NCBI GenBank assembly: GCA_963729895.1
Contig: CAVSQB010000005.1
Span: forward strand, 128,001 to 192,000
Length of the DNA stretch: 64,000 nt
DNA from: an uncultured Fibrobacterota bacterium
GTDB lineage: Bacteria > Fibrobacterota > Chitinivibrionia > Chitinivibrionales > FEN-1185
Direction: 5' to 3'
Positions 38,452 to 48,309 of the stretch are shown here, piece by piece (position 1 is the stretch's first letter; each line of letters begins with the position of its first letter). A program made the position numbers and the translations under genes. A model generated the notes under the pieces. It was not told the origin of the DNA and searched no databases. It saw only the letters and a list, made by a program, of their open reading frames with translations.

Positions 38452-40114
38452 ATGAAAAACATGGTGGCTGCTTTTCTGGTGACGGTCTCGCCTGTTTGGG
38501 GAGCCACCTACTACATCGCGGCGAGCGGTTCCGATTCTCACAGTTCCATCCAGGCGCAGTCCAGGTTCACTCCCTGGGCGCATCTGCCGGGAATGCCGGA
38601 TTGCGGCGCCGGTTGCGCGTCCTGCACACCTGCGGCGGGCGACAGCCTCATTCTCCGTGGAGGCCGACACCTGGGGAGCCGCGAGCCTGGGCGTCAGCTG
38701 GCAGTGGTCCGGAACTTCCGGTTCCCGCATCTACATCGGCGTGGATCAAACTTGGTATACGGGAAGTTCCTGGAAGCGGCCTATTTTTAATTGCGGAGGA
38801 GCCTCCTGCGCCAGCGGCACCAACCAGCTTCAGGTGGCCGGCAGTTATGTCATCGTTGACAACATCGAATTCACGGGCCTGTACAAGGACACCGGCGGCG
38901 GCGGTGCGAGCGGCATCATGACGCTGAATTCATATAACGAGGTGAAGAACTGCTACGTGCACGGCTGGTCGCATGCGGCCGGCAGCACGGACAACAGCCA
39001 GTCGTATGCGATCGTTGCGCACGGCGGGTATCCGCACGACGAAATTTCCTTCCACGACAACGTCATTGACGGTTCGGAAGGCTCGCTCGATGACGGAAAC
39101 GGCTTCCTCAACGGCACCTACGTTTACAACAACGTCATCCGCTATGTGGTGAGCGGCTTCCTGGGCAACTTTAATGTCGTGCACGACAATCTCGTGGAGC
39201 ACGATGTTCTCTCATACGCCGGAGATCATTGCAACCTGGTTTTTATATTCCACCCGGCGAGCGGGTCGAGACTTTTGGCTTACAACAACGTGGTCCGGCA
39301 TTCAGGCTGTCCCGGGGGCATGGCCTTTTGGCTGAACGGGAATGCCGGATGTGTCAATTGCACCACCTACGCTTTCAACAATGTGCTGTACGACATTGAC
39401 AATGGGATTCTCGCCATAGGCGCCCATCCATCGAGCGGAAATACAGGCACCTATTATATCTACAACAACACGGTGATGAGCAACGGGGGAGCAGGCATGG
39501 GAAACGGCGAAGCATCTCCAAGGTCTACTACACACTACGCGAACAATCATTGCATCAACGCCGGTACGTTCTGCGATGGCACAGGGACGACATGCATAAA
39601 TGACGGCGGTAATCTCTTGCAGACCACGGCGCAGGCGGCGAGTGCCGGCTACACCGCCGGTGAGACGTACGCTTTCTCGCCCGCAAGCGCCGGCAGTCCC
39701 ACCGTGAGTGCGGGCATCAACCTGACGAGCCTGTGCGATTCCTTGCCCGACCTGTGCAACGATGCAACGTTCGCAGTAGGGTACGATTCCGTGAATCACA
39801 GGGTGATTGCACCTGCCAGGACGCCAAAGGCGCGTCCGTCAACCGGTGCCTGGGACGCAGGGGCCTACGAATATGCCGGATCGGGAATTCGAAGAATGGA
39901 TATGGCGCCTCAAGATGGCTTCCCGGCCCGGTTGCCGCATGCGAACCCGCTGAGCGTCGATCTGTTCCGCCGGTACGTGCAATCCGGAATAGGGGTCAAG
40001 GTGTATGATTTCACAGGAAGGCTCGTGAACAACCGAACCGTGCAAAACGGAGGCTTCTATTTTGTCCAGGACCACAACGGCCCTGCGCTTGAGAAAGTGA
40101 TGGTAGTGAAATAA
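38452..40114 (+). pseudogene. Frameshifted secreted beta-helix / choice-of-anchor-Q-like protein (paralog of 33210-35072)
   Basis: Signal peptide and 'ATYYIAASGSD...GDSLILRGG' lie in one frame; 'DTW...WDAGAYEY' plus CTD lie in the next. One extra C at 38664/38665 explains the shift. Confidence 0.8.
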
Positions 40115-40227
40115 ACAGGCGGGATGAAACGCTTTCCGGTTGATCTTCCCTTTCCGGCGCGCTTTTCGACAGTTGCAGAAATGTGATGCGTCAACGCTGC
40201 GCGCCGAAGCACGTCGCGCAACACCAC

Positions 40228-40365
40228 TCACCGATGTTCGGGCGCTTTGGGTTCAACGTCTTTGCGCGTCGCTTTCGTGCTATTCCTGTTCCTTATCAGT
40301 ATGGCAACGGCAACTACGCAGGCCAGAACGAATATCCCGTAGGCCAAAAGCATGGAAAGGATCAT
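40228..40365 (-). CDS. Small single-pass membrane protein, 45 aa (not in ORF track)
   Basis: MILSMLLAYGIFVLACVVAVAILIRNRNSTKATRKDVEPKAPEHR; GGAGGT just upstream; TM helix followed by a basic tail. Confidence 0.55.
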   Translation of the reverse strand: MILSMLLAYGIFVLACVVAVAILIRNRNSTKATRKDVEPKAPEHR

Positions 40366-40517
40366 AAACCTCCATCTCGTTTTCGGAATGAGGCCTTAAC
40401 GGCCCGTCGACCGATTCTACTCCGTTGCACCCGTCTCTCACAGTTTTCTTACCAGTACGATCCACTGCCCCCAGTCCTTTGAACGCATCAAAAAACACGA
40501 AGACAAGCATCGTGCGG

Positions 40518-41975
40518 TTATCGCTCCAATCGGTCGGTGCAATCTTGGGGAAGCGGCAGGTTTGGCAGTCGCTGAAAGACATAGACAATGGCGGTGCCGT
40601 TTGCCGTTTTGTAAACCGGCAAGAATCCGAACGGCCGTATGCTGTGAGGCCGGGGTATCATGAGGCTCATAAAAGTCATGTCCGCACCGCCCAGGTCGTT
40701 TTGGATATAAACCGCTATGCCCCTGGAAATACAGTGCACCGGGGCGCTGTTTGCCGCCACTTCGCGGAACATCAGAATTCTGTTTGATGCCTCTTCTCCC
40801 AAATAATAAGAGAAGTAGGCTACGGAACGGCCGCACAGGACAACTTCGGCATTCTTGACCAGTTTGCGGAGAACAACCAGGGTTTCCTTCCTGTCCGCCT
40901 CAATGGCGTTATCATTTCTCACTCCGTCAAAGGTCGTCCGAATCGTATCGCGCCGAAACCCGATGTTGAGCAACGCCACGCAGGCCGCGGCGAAAACCAG
41001 TTTGCTGCTGATGCATTCGGCCATGACAAGCGCGGCGTACAGGCAGCACAACAACATCGGAAACGAAAGAAACCGTACATGGACGATCACGGGCTTAACA
41101 AAAGAAAGGAACCAAAAGGCACAGAAGGGCACGACAACGAGTGCGCCCATAAGGAAGTGGTCGTCGGTGCGCTTGCGTATCGTAAAGTAGCACAGGCCGG
41201 CCAGTCCCAGCAGGTGCACCGGCCAGAAAAAGCTCCTTGTCACGTTGTAAAGGGTTGCGGGCCAGTAGTGTGCAAAGGTGACCGGCATCATTCCAAGCGA
41301 AGCCAGATAATCCTGCGTTACGTCGGACGAATAGGTGGGTGATCCGGAAATGCGGAAGTCGAACCAGGCCCACAACAGCGGTGCGGCAAGACCAAGTGCG
41401 TACCACCACGAAAAACCCCGCTCTTTCTTGAACCGCGAAAGCAGCATCAGCAACGGAGGCACCGCCCATGCTTCGGGTCGCACGAGCCCGGCCCCGAGAA
41501 GAAAGAGTGATACGTAAACGGCTCGTTTCTTCACAAAAGCATAGGCGGCGGCGAGCAGAAGGAAGAAATACAGCATCGGGTAATATGCCGGCAGAATGAA
41601 CTCCGGCAGCACCGTTGTATTGGCAAAAACGAAAAGGAGAAACGCCGCCAATCCGGCCCAATACGGCGCCCCAAAATGCACGGCCAGCTTCATGAGCAAC
41701 CAAAGCACGCCGGCGGCAAATGCGCACATAACAGGGTAAAGAGCCCCGTGCCACAGCAGGCCGCACAGCGCGGCGAAAAGCGGTTTTGGTGTCTCCGGCG
41801 GAAGGCTGTAGTGATGGCCAAGGAGGTTCAACCACATTATTCTGTAACTCAAAAAGGGGTCTTCTCGATTGCCGCCAAACACAAGCGGCAACAACAGGAG
41901 GGCGATATAGGTCGCCATGCAAACGGCAAGAAGGGCCCTTTCGGGCGCTCGAACAATCTTTTCGTGTTGTCTCAT
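40518..41975 (-). CDS. Polytopic membrane protein, GT-C-like
   Basis: About 10 hydrophobic segments; 'TPKPL', 'L.RPEAW', 'RF' motifs resemble GT-C glycosyltransferases. Confidence 0.55.
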   Translation of the reverse strand: MRQHEKIVRAPERALLAVCMATYIALLLLPLVFGGNREDPFLSYRIMWLNLLGHHYSLPPETPKPLFAALCGLLWHGALYPVMCAFAAGVLWLLMKLAVHFGAPYWAGLAAFLLFVFANTTVLPEFILPAYYPMLYFFLLLAAAYAFVKKRAVYVSLFLLGAGLVRPEAWAVPPLLMLLSRFKKERGFSWWYALGLAAPLLWAWFDFRISGSPTYSSDVTQDYLASLGMMPVTFAHYWPATLYNVTRSFFWPVHLLGLAGLCYFTIRKRTDDHFLMGALVVVPFCAFWFLSFVKPVIVHVRFLSFPMLLCCLYAALVMAECISSKLVFAAACVALLNIGFRRDTIRTTFDGVRNDNAIEADRKETLVVLRKLVKNAEVVLCGRSVAYFSYYLGEEASNRILMFREVAANSAPVHCISRGIAVYIQNDLGGADMTFMSLMIPRPHSIRPFGFLPVYKTANGTAIVYVFQRLPNLPLPQDCTDRLER

Positions 41976-42349
41976 GTCAATATCAAAGGGGGTCCGATGC
42001 GGTTTGATTGCTCCGGCATGTACCAACATGCTATTTTTATTTCGCAGGATTCGGCGGGCATGGTTAAAGCGTTTCTCTTCAAACGCCCTCTTTTTGCCGA
42101 CCCCGGTCCCGGCTTTCTATGAGGATTGCCTCGGCCTTCTCTGTGAATATATGGTTTCATTAGCTTCCTGGCAATTACATTACTCCGTTCAGCGTAACTT
42201 TCCAGCCGAGTCTCCGGTTGCGGACAAGTGACCCATCTAAAGGACAGCGGAACAACCCAATCGTAGGCGAACCGAATGCCGGTGGAACGCGGTTCCGGTT
42301 GTCCAGGAATGATAAAATAATGCAAAGGCCGAAAAACAGGATGGAGTTT

Positions 42350-43435
42350 ATGAAAGGAACATTTCCAGGTATCCCGATGCTTGTGATAGCCTTGTTCGCT
42401 ATCGGTTGCACCCGAAGAGAAATAACCGAAACCAAATACGATAACGGCCGAATAAAAGAGAAATATTCCGTTATCAGAGAAAGAGATGGGAATTTGCTTT
42501 GGGATGGTCGCTATTCTTCCTGGTACGAAAATGGCCTGGAGAAAGCCACCGGCAGCTATGACCGCCATCGGCCAACCGACACCATGACTGGTCATACGGG
42601 TATTCCCATCGCGGGCAGGGTTGGTACGTGGACCTTTTGGAACGAGAAGGGGCAGGAGGTGCAGGAATCCGTCTACAAGAATGGAAAACTGAACGGGCCT
42701 TTGATCTGCTGGTACGACAACGGGCGGAAGAAAGAGGAATCTTTTTGGAAAGACGGAAAAGCAGATGGATCACTGACAAGCTGGTATGAGAACGGAAGGA
42801 AACAAGAAGAATCGTTTTGGAAGGACGGGAAAGCGGAGGGACCATACACTTTTTGGTATGAGAATGGGCAGGTGGATGAGAAAGGTACCTATAAGGATGA
42901 GAAACAAGAAGGAACCCTGACCAGTTGGTATGAGAATGGCAGGAAGAAGACAGCGGCCGTCTTCAAGGACGGAAAATTAAGTGGCCCGGACACAATCTGG
43001 TATGATAACGGACAGAAGCAGACGGATGGCACCTACAAAGATGGGAAGCCTGAGGGCGTCTATGCCTTCTGGTATGAGAACGGACAGAAGAAAGAGGAAT
43101 CCTTTTGGAAGGATGGAAAAGCGGAAGGGCCGTATGCGTTTTGGTATCAGAATGGACTGAAGAAGGAAGAAGGCTTCTGGACGGGCGGGAAAGCAGAGGA
43201 AGGATGGGTAGGTTATAGAATGGGCAAGAGCAAGGTGATGCCTCCCGTCGTAGAAGGAAAGCGCGAGGGACGATGGACAGGTTGGTATGAGAACGGGCAA
43301 AAGCGAGAAGAAGGCACCTTCAAGGATGGGAAAGAAAATGGATTGTTTACCTTTTGGAATGAGAACGGACAGAAGCAGAAGGAAGCCGTCTGGAAGGATG
43401 GAGAATTGGTTCGTAACCCGCAGCCGGGGAAATAG
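42350..43435 (+). CDS. MORN-variant repeat (YwqK-like) lipoprotein
   Basis: Lipobox FAIGC; about 12-13 repeats of 24 aa 'WYENGQK.EEG.WKDGK.EG'. Start could be 42341. Confidence 0.85.
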   Translation: MKGTFPGIPMLVIALFAIGCTRREITETKYDNGRIKEKYSVIRERDGNLLWDGRYSSWYENGLEKATGSYDRHRPTDTMTGHTGIPIAGRVGTWTFWNEKGQEVQESVYKNGKLNGPLICWYDNGRKKEESFWKDGKADGSLTSWYENGRKQEESFWKDGKAEGPYTFWYENGQVDEKGTYKDEKQEGTLTSWYENGRKKTAAVFKDGKLSGPDTIWYDNGQKQTDGTYKDGKPEGVYAFWYENGQKKEESFWKDGKAEGPYAFWYQNGLKKEEGFWTGGKAEEGWVGYRMGKSKVMPPVVEGKREGRWTGWYENGQKREEGTFKDGKENGLFTFWNENGQKQKEAVWKDGELVRNPQPGK

Positions 43436-43493
43436 CGGCGTCTTGCCTGCGTGAACTCGCGGAATCGGGAAAAGCAACCCTGAGGCCGAGGGC

Positions 43494-44444
43494 TCATCGT
43501 GACGCCAGATAGATATACCGCTTCAAACGTCCCAGTTGCGTTTCCAGAAGCGACGCCCTGTCATGAATGATCCGGTCGGCCCAGAAATCGCCGAATCCTT
43601 CCTGTTGAAACTCCGTTTCGCACTTCGCAAGATCTGCAACGCTTCTGGTGAGAAACGAGGTGTCCCCCTCTGTAATATCAACGGCCTTGAAGAAGAGTCC
43701 GAGATTCGTCAGCTCAAGTGCCAATTCGGTATGTTCCGGCGGCAGCAAAAGGGTTTTGTTTGCCGGGTCCTTGGAAATCTGGTTTATCAGCAGCAGTAAC
43801 CTGCCTTTTGGCAGCAGCATTGATTTAAGCAGCCACAGCACCCTGCCGATGTCGTTCGCTGCATACAGCGATTCGATGACCGTGATGGAGTTGAAATCCA
43901 GAAGAGCCCCCAGGTTGTTGATGTCTCCGATTTCGAACTCCAGTCTGTTTTTCTTGACAAGGGTCCTTTTTTGCGCAATCCGGATGGCAACAGGAGAAAT
44001 ATCGATGCCAAGCGCAATCACTCTTGCCGAGTCGGAAAGATACTCGGTGAGATAGCCGTTCCCGCAGCCGAGGTCCAGTAGCCGTTCGCCGTCCTGCAAT
44101 GCAAGGAGACGGGCGATTTGCGCAAGCGCTTCTTTGTCAAGGTTGTCGAGGGTAAGAAGGTCGTGGCCGTGTATTCTCTCCCAGTAACGCCGAAATGCCT
44201 TGCAATCCTCCATATTCTTGTACAAATGGTCGTAGCTTTCCTTTGCGTCAGCAGCGTCAACATCGAGCCCGTATTTTTGCAAAAACAGCCATGAAAGGTG
44301 ATTGGCGATAAAGATGCCCGGTTCGATATGTCCTTCCAGTACATCACGGATAGACTGGCCGTATTCCTTCAAATCATTTGCGATGACGGACAGTTTCGCA
44401 CCTGTCAACAAGGTAAAACTCGCAAGGGCCGTTTTCAGGTCCAT
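43494..44444 (-). CDS. Class I SAM-dependent methyltransferase with N-terminal extension
   Basis: 'LLDLGCGNG', 'GIDIS', 'GDI', 'LLPKGRL'. Confidence 0.8.
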   Translation of the reverse strand: MDLKTALASFTLLTGAKLSVIANDLKEYGQSIRDVLEGHIEPGIFIANHLSWLFLQKYGLDVDAADAKESYDHLYKNMEDCKAFRRYWERIHGHDLLTLDNLDKEALAQIARLLALQDGERLLDLGCGNGYLTEYLSDSARVIALGIDISPVAIRIAQKRTLVKKNRLEFEIGDINNLGALLDFNSITVIESLYAANDIGRVLWLLKSMLLPKGRLLLLINQISKDPANKTLLLPPEHTELALELTNLGLFFKAVDITEGDTSFLTRSVADLAKCETEFQQEGFGDFWADRIIHDRASLLETQLGRLKRYIYLASR

Positions 44445-44675
44445 TTGTTGTTTTTCTTTTGTGATCCGTCGATAATTACTTTAACGAGAAGATACGCGTG
44501 TGGTTCAAAGACCCCGTCCGCTTGCACCCCGTTACAGGCAATGAATACGATTGGATCTCAGGAAGTGACATCCACCCGGAGGATTACCGAGAAAAGGAGT
44601 CGGCCGAAATTGGGGCAAGCTTCCCCTCCGCGCGAAGCCTACGCCTCAGTACAGGCACAATTCCATAATGAATAA

Positions 44676-44714
44676 GAAAGCCCTCCGTATCTTGGAAAAG
44701 AACGAGGGCTTATT
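44676..44714 (-). terminator. Possible terminator downstream of tRNA-Leu
   Basis: AAGCCCTC...GAGGGCTT inverted repeat with a T-rich tail on the minus strand; large loop. Confidence 0.35.
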
Positions 44715-44788
44715 AAACGTAAACTTTACAGATTCCTAAGAGCACCCGTGAGTAATATACCACGCAGTGTGCAGAAAGAAAGGTGGTA

Positions 44789-44876
44789 TGCCCGGGACCG
44801 GAATCGAACCGGTACAGCGCGATGAAGCACCGAAGGATTTTAAGTCCTTTGTGTCTACCTGTTCCACCACCCGGGC
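44789..44876 (-). tRNA. trnL: tRNA-Leu (anticodon TAA)
   Basis: GCCCGGG/CCCGGGC acceptor stem, D-loop GGTAGAC, anticodon arm AAGGA-CTTAAAA-TCCTT, long variable arm, GGTTCGATTCC T-loop. Confidence 0.96.
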
Positions 44877-45086
44877 ATCACTCAAAAAATCCTTGTCTAA
44901 AATGGGTTGGGGTGGATTCAAAAGCAAGTGAAAATCCCTGCGGCCCCGGTCGGCACAGGTCCTTGACGTGCGGGGAAGCACGGGACTTTGCTCAGGCCGG
45001 CGGGCCTTTCGTATGCCCCGGCTGAGAGGACGTTGACAATAGCGCCCGAGGCGCCGGAGACGGGGCTCCGTTGTGCATCACCGGCG

Positions 45087-47096
45087 TCACGTCATTTTTC
45101 GAAGTTCTTCGATGCGGTCGCGGATCCTGGCGGCTTTTTCGAATTCCAGTTTTCTCGCCGCGTCCCGCATTTCATTTTCGAGCCTCGTGATGACGCGGTC
45201 AATACTTTCATCTTCAGATGTATTTTTGTCGGCACTTTTCGGCGAATATGTCGCCGTCTTTTCGCGGACCGCACCGGTAGTTTCGGCTTGAAGTTCCTCG
45301 TCTGCGGGGGTGAAGAGCCTCTCCTGGATTCTGCGTTGAATCGTCGTGGGCGTGATTCCATTGAGTCTGTTGAACTCGATCTGCTTCATACGCCTGCGGC
45401 TGCTTTCTTCCACGGTCTTCTTTATCGAATCGGTGATTACGTCGGCGTACAGCACGATTTTCCCCTCAACGTTTCGCGCGGCGCGGCCCGCGATCTGGAT
45501 GAGCGACCGCGCCGACCGAAGGAACCCTTCCTTGTCCGCGTCCAGGATCGCCACGAGCGCCACTTCCGGAAGATCAAGGCCTTCCCGGAGCAGGTTGATT
45601 CCCACCAGGATATCGAATTCCCCCAGCCTGAGGTCGCGGATGATGTCTGAACGCTCGAGCGTTTCTATTTCCGAATGCAGATACCGTACCCGGAAGTCAA
45701 GCGTGCCCAGGTACTCGGTGAGGTCTTCGGCGGTCTTCTTGGTGAGGGTGGTGACGAGCGCGCGGTGGCGCTTCTCCACGATTGTCCGGAGCTGTTCAAC
45801 CAGGTCGTCGATCTGGTCCGTCGCCGGTTTGATCGTGATTATGGGATCCACGAGGCCCGTTGGCCGTATCACCTGCTCCACCACGATGCCGCCGCTTTTA
45901 CGCAGCTCGTAATCGGCAGGGGTGGCCGACACAAAGATGACGCTGTCGTTCATCGACTCAAACTCGGCGAACCGCAGTGGCCTGTTGTCAAGCGCGCACG
46001 GAATCCGAAACCCGTGCTCGACGAGTGTTTCCTTGCGGGCGCGGTCGCCGTTGAACATGCCCTGGATCTGCGGAATCGTCGCGTGCGATTCGTCGATGAT
46101 CGTGAGATAGGGCGGTTTGAAGAAATCGATGAGCGTGTATGGTCTGCTGCCGGGATCGCGTCCGTCAAGAATACGCGAATAGTTCTCGATGCCTGACACA
46201 AAGCCCACTTCACGGAGCATTTCGATATCATAGAGCGTCCGTTGTTCGAGCCGCTGGGCTTCCAGGAGTTTCCCTGTTGCGCGGAATTTCTCGAGTTGGT
46301 CCTGCAGTTCCCTGTGGATCTGCTGTACGGCCGCCTCAATGCCCACCCGCGAGGTGGTAAAGTGCCTGGCCGGGAAAATAGTGATTTCGTCAAGGGACGA
46401 GATCACCTTGCCCGTAAGGGGCTGGATGCGCCGGATCCGCTCGATGCGGTCGCCGAACAGCTCGATGCGCAGCGCGGTCTCGTCGTAGGCAGGCTGCAGT
46501 TCGATGATGTCCCCGCGCACGCGGAATGTGCCGCGCTCCAGCAGCATGTCGTTGCGGTCGTACTGCATCCGGTTGAGGCTGCGGAAGAAATCGTCGCGGC
46601 CGAGGTCTGTGCCTGCCGCGACGCACATGCTTGCGGCTGCATACGAGTCAGGCGAGCCGATGTTGTAAATGCACGACACGCTCGCCACGATGATCACGTC
46701 CCTCCTCGACAAAAGCGAGCTTGTGGCCTTGAGCCGCAGGCGGTCTATTTCGTCGTTGATCTCGGACGTCTTTTCGATATAGGTATCGGTGGAGGGAATG
46801 TACGCCTCGGGCTGGTAGTAGTCGTAGAAGCTCACGAAGTACTCAACGGCGTTCTCCGGAAAATATCCCTTGAATTCCTGGAACAGCTGGCCGGCAAGCG
46901 TCTTGTTGTGCGAAATGATGAGTGTAGGCGTCTGCACCCGCTCTATCACGTTCGCCATGGTGAACGTCTTACCCGAGCCCGTGACGCCCAGAAGCGTCTG
47001 ATGCTTTGCGCCGCGGGCCAGGCCATCCACGAGCTGGTCTATTGCTTCCGGCTGGTCGCCGGCCGGCTTGAAATCGGAAACGAGTTTAAAATTCAT
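45087..47096 (-). CDS. uvrB: Excinuclease ABC subunit B
   Basis: 'P.GDQP.AI', 'LGVTGSGKT', 'YDYYQPEAY', 'DESH', 'GINLLREGLD', 'GRAARN', UVR domain 'LEFEKAA.IRD'. Confidence 0.97.
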   Translation of the reverse strand: MNFKLVSDFKPAGDQPEAIDQLVDGLARGAKHQTLLGVTGSGKTFTMANVIERVQTPTLIISHNKTLAGQLFQEFKGYFPENAVEYFVSFYDYYQPEAYIPSTDTYIEKTSEINDEIDRLRLKATSSLLSRRDVIIVASVSCIYNIGSPDSYAAASMCVAAGTDLGRDDFFRSLNRMQYDRNDMLLERGTFRVRGDIIELQPAYDETALRIELFGDRIERIRRIQPLTGKVISSLDEITIFPARHFTTSRVGIEAAVQQIHRELQDQLEKFRATGKLLEAQRLEQRTLYDIEMLREVGFVSGIENYSRILDGRDPGSRPYTLIDFFKPPYLTIIDESHATIPQIQGMFNGDRARKETLVEHGFRIPCALDNRPLRFAEFESMNDSVIFVSATPADYELRKSGGIVVEQVIRPTGLVDPIITIKPATDQIDDLVEQLRTIVEKRHRALVTTLTKKTAEDLTEYLGTLDFRVRYLHSEIETLERSDIIRDLRLGEFDILVGINLLREGLDLPEVALVAILDADKEGFLRSARSLIQIAGRAARNVEGKIVLYADVITDSIKKTVEESSRRRMKQIEFNRLNGITPTTIQRRIQERLFTPADEELQAETTGAVREKTATYSPKSADKNTSEDESIDRVITRLENEMRDAARKLEFEKAARIRDRIEELRKMT

Positions 47097-47211
47097 ACGG
47101 GTGAAAGATACATGAAGATTGGGGATGGCTTGAAGAACTTCGACCGCCGCGGAAATGGAAAAGGTTACGGGGATCAGGGAATCACGAGTGCGAACGTTCG
47201 GAAGCCGGTTT

Positions 47212-48309
47212 TTACCAGGTAGAATCCGCCGGGAACAAGGGAGCCTTGCGTGCAAGAAAATGGGGCGATACTTCCTCGGGAAGAAACAGAGACGCGGCCA
47301 GCCGGCCGTCGGGATGAAAGAAGAAGACACTACCCTGGACGGAAGGGGAAAACACGCTCACCGCCGGCACATGCGGTTGCTCGACCGGAGAACCGATATC
47401 CGACAGGGAAACGTGAACCGTTTTCGTCACAAGAATGTCGTCGGTAGTCGTACTCTGTCCCACCGATACTTTGTAAGATCCGGTGTCTTTTGCAACGAGC
47501 ACCTCGCCCGTGCCGCCGGATGCGGCGGTAACCGGATTGCCCTGATAATACCACTGGTACAAGGACCCGTCCTGCGGCGCCTGGAGCCTGTTCTTCCGCT
47601 GCACGAGGGTGATGGTATCCATCATGAACATCCGGTATACCTTCCGGGCGATCAGCAGGTATCCTTCCGCATTCGGGTGAATGCCGTCCGGGAACAGGTT
47701 GCTTTTGCCGCTCATCAAGGCGAACAGGTCGATAAGGGGTATTCCTTTGTCAAGAACGACCATCTTTATCCTTGGCAGTATCTCGTAGTGAATGACCGTG
47801 CTGTCGATATCGCATGCCGTGCTGTAGGCCGGCGGCGGGAAACAGGCCCATACTTCCGGATGAGATGAGAGGTTGGCAAACGTGTCGACCATTGCCTCGT
47901 AATCACCCGTAAATTCGTCTTTGTTCGGCGGCCAGTTGTCGTTTGCCGCCGTCGATTTCGAATCGTTTGTACCCAGCTCTATGACGACGCGAGTTGGGAG
48001 AAAGGCCATGGCTGCGTTGAGCGCGGTAATCCCGAAAGTCCAGTACGGCTCGTTTCCGTTTTTGAGCATGGTGGCGCCTGCCACGCCGAAATTAAGGACC
48101 TGGCAGGCCGGACCGAGCAGTTGCTGAAGCCGCGCAGGGTAACACGCCGTGTCGCGGCCTGCAAGCCCTGTACCGTCTGTCAAGCTGTTTCCCACGCATG
48201 CCACGCGCATTGTGTCGGCTGCCCGGGAGAGAGAGCACAGAAGAAATATACAAAGGACTGGGAGGAAATGAGCTCGGCACAGGGTTGCATCGGAAGGCGA
48301 GGATGTCAT
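47212..48309 (-). CDS. Secreted SGNH/GDSL esterase (sialate O-acetylesterase-like); C-terminal sorting domain appears frameshifted
   Basis: 'CVGNSLT.G', 'NFGVAG', 'LGTND', 'DGIHP'. The CTD end 'PGGFYLVK' lies in the -1 frame and runs to 47174. Confidence 0.85.
   Translation of the reverse strand: MTSSPSDATLCRAHFLPVLCIFLLCSLSRAADTMRVACVGNSLTDGTGLAGRDTACYPARLQQLLGPACQVLNFGVAGATMLKNGNEPYWTFGITALNAAMAFLPTRVVIELGTNDSKSTAANDNWPPNKDEFTGDYEAMVDTFANLSSHPEVWACFPPPAYSTACDIDSTVIHYEILPRIKMVVLDKGIPLIDLFALMSGKSNLFPDGIHPNAEGYLLIARKVYRMFMMDTITLVQRKNRLQAPQDGSLYQWYYQGNPVTAASGGTGEVLVAKDTGSYKVSVGQSTTTDDILVTKTVHVSLSDIGSPVEQPHVPAVSVFSPSVQGSVFFFHPDGRLAASLFLPEEVSPHFLARKAPLFPADSTW

Noticed and set aside
42640..43410. 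CRISPR array or DGR template/variable repeat
   Set aside because: The repeats are in-frame coding MORN units with no spacers, and no cas or reverse transcriptase gene is in the window.
14300..44790. Integrative genomic island or prophage at tRNA-Leu
   Set aside because: No integrase or phage genes, and no duplicated tRNA 3' end (att) found by eye.
47097..47330. 78-aa N-terminal extension of UvrB in the ORF track
   Set aside because: UvrB homology starts at MNFKLVS (47096); the extension overlaps the end of the esterase gene.
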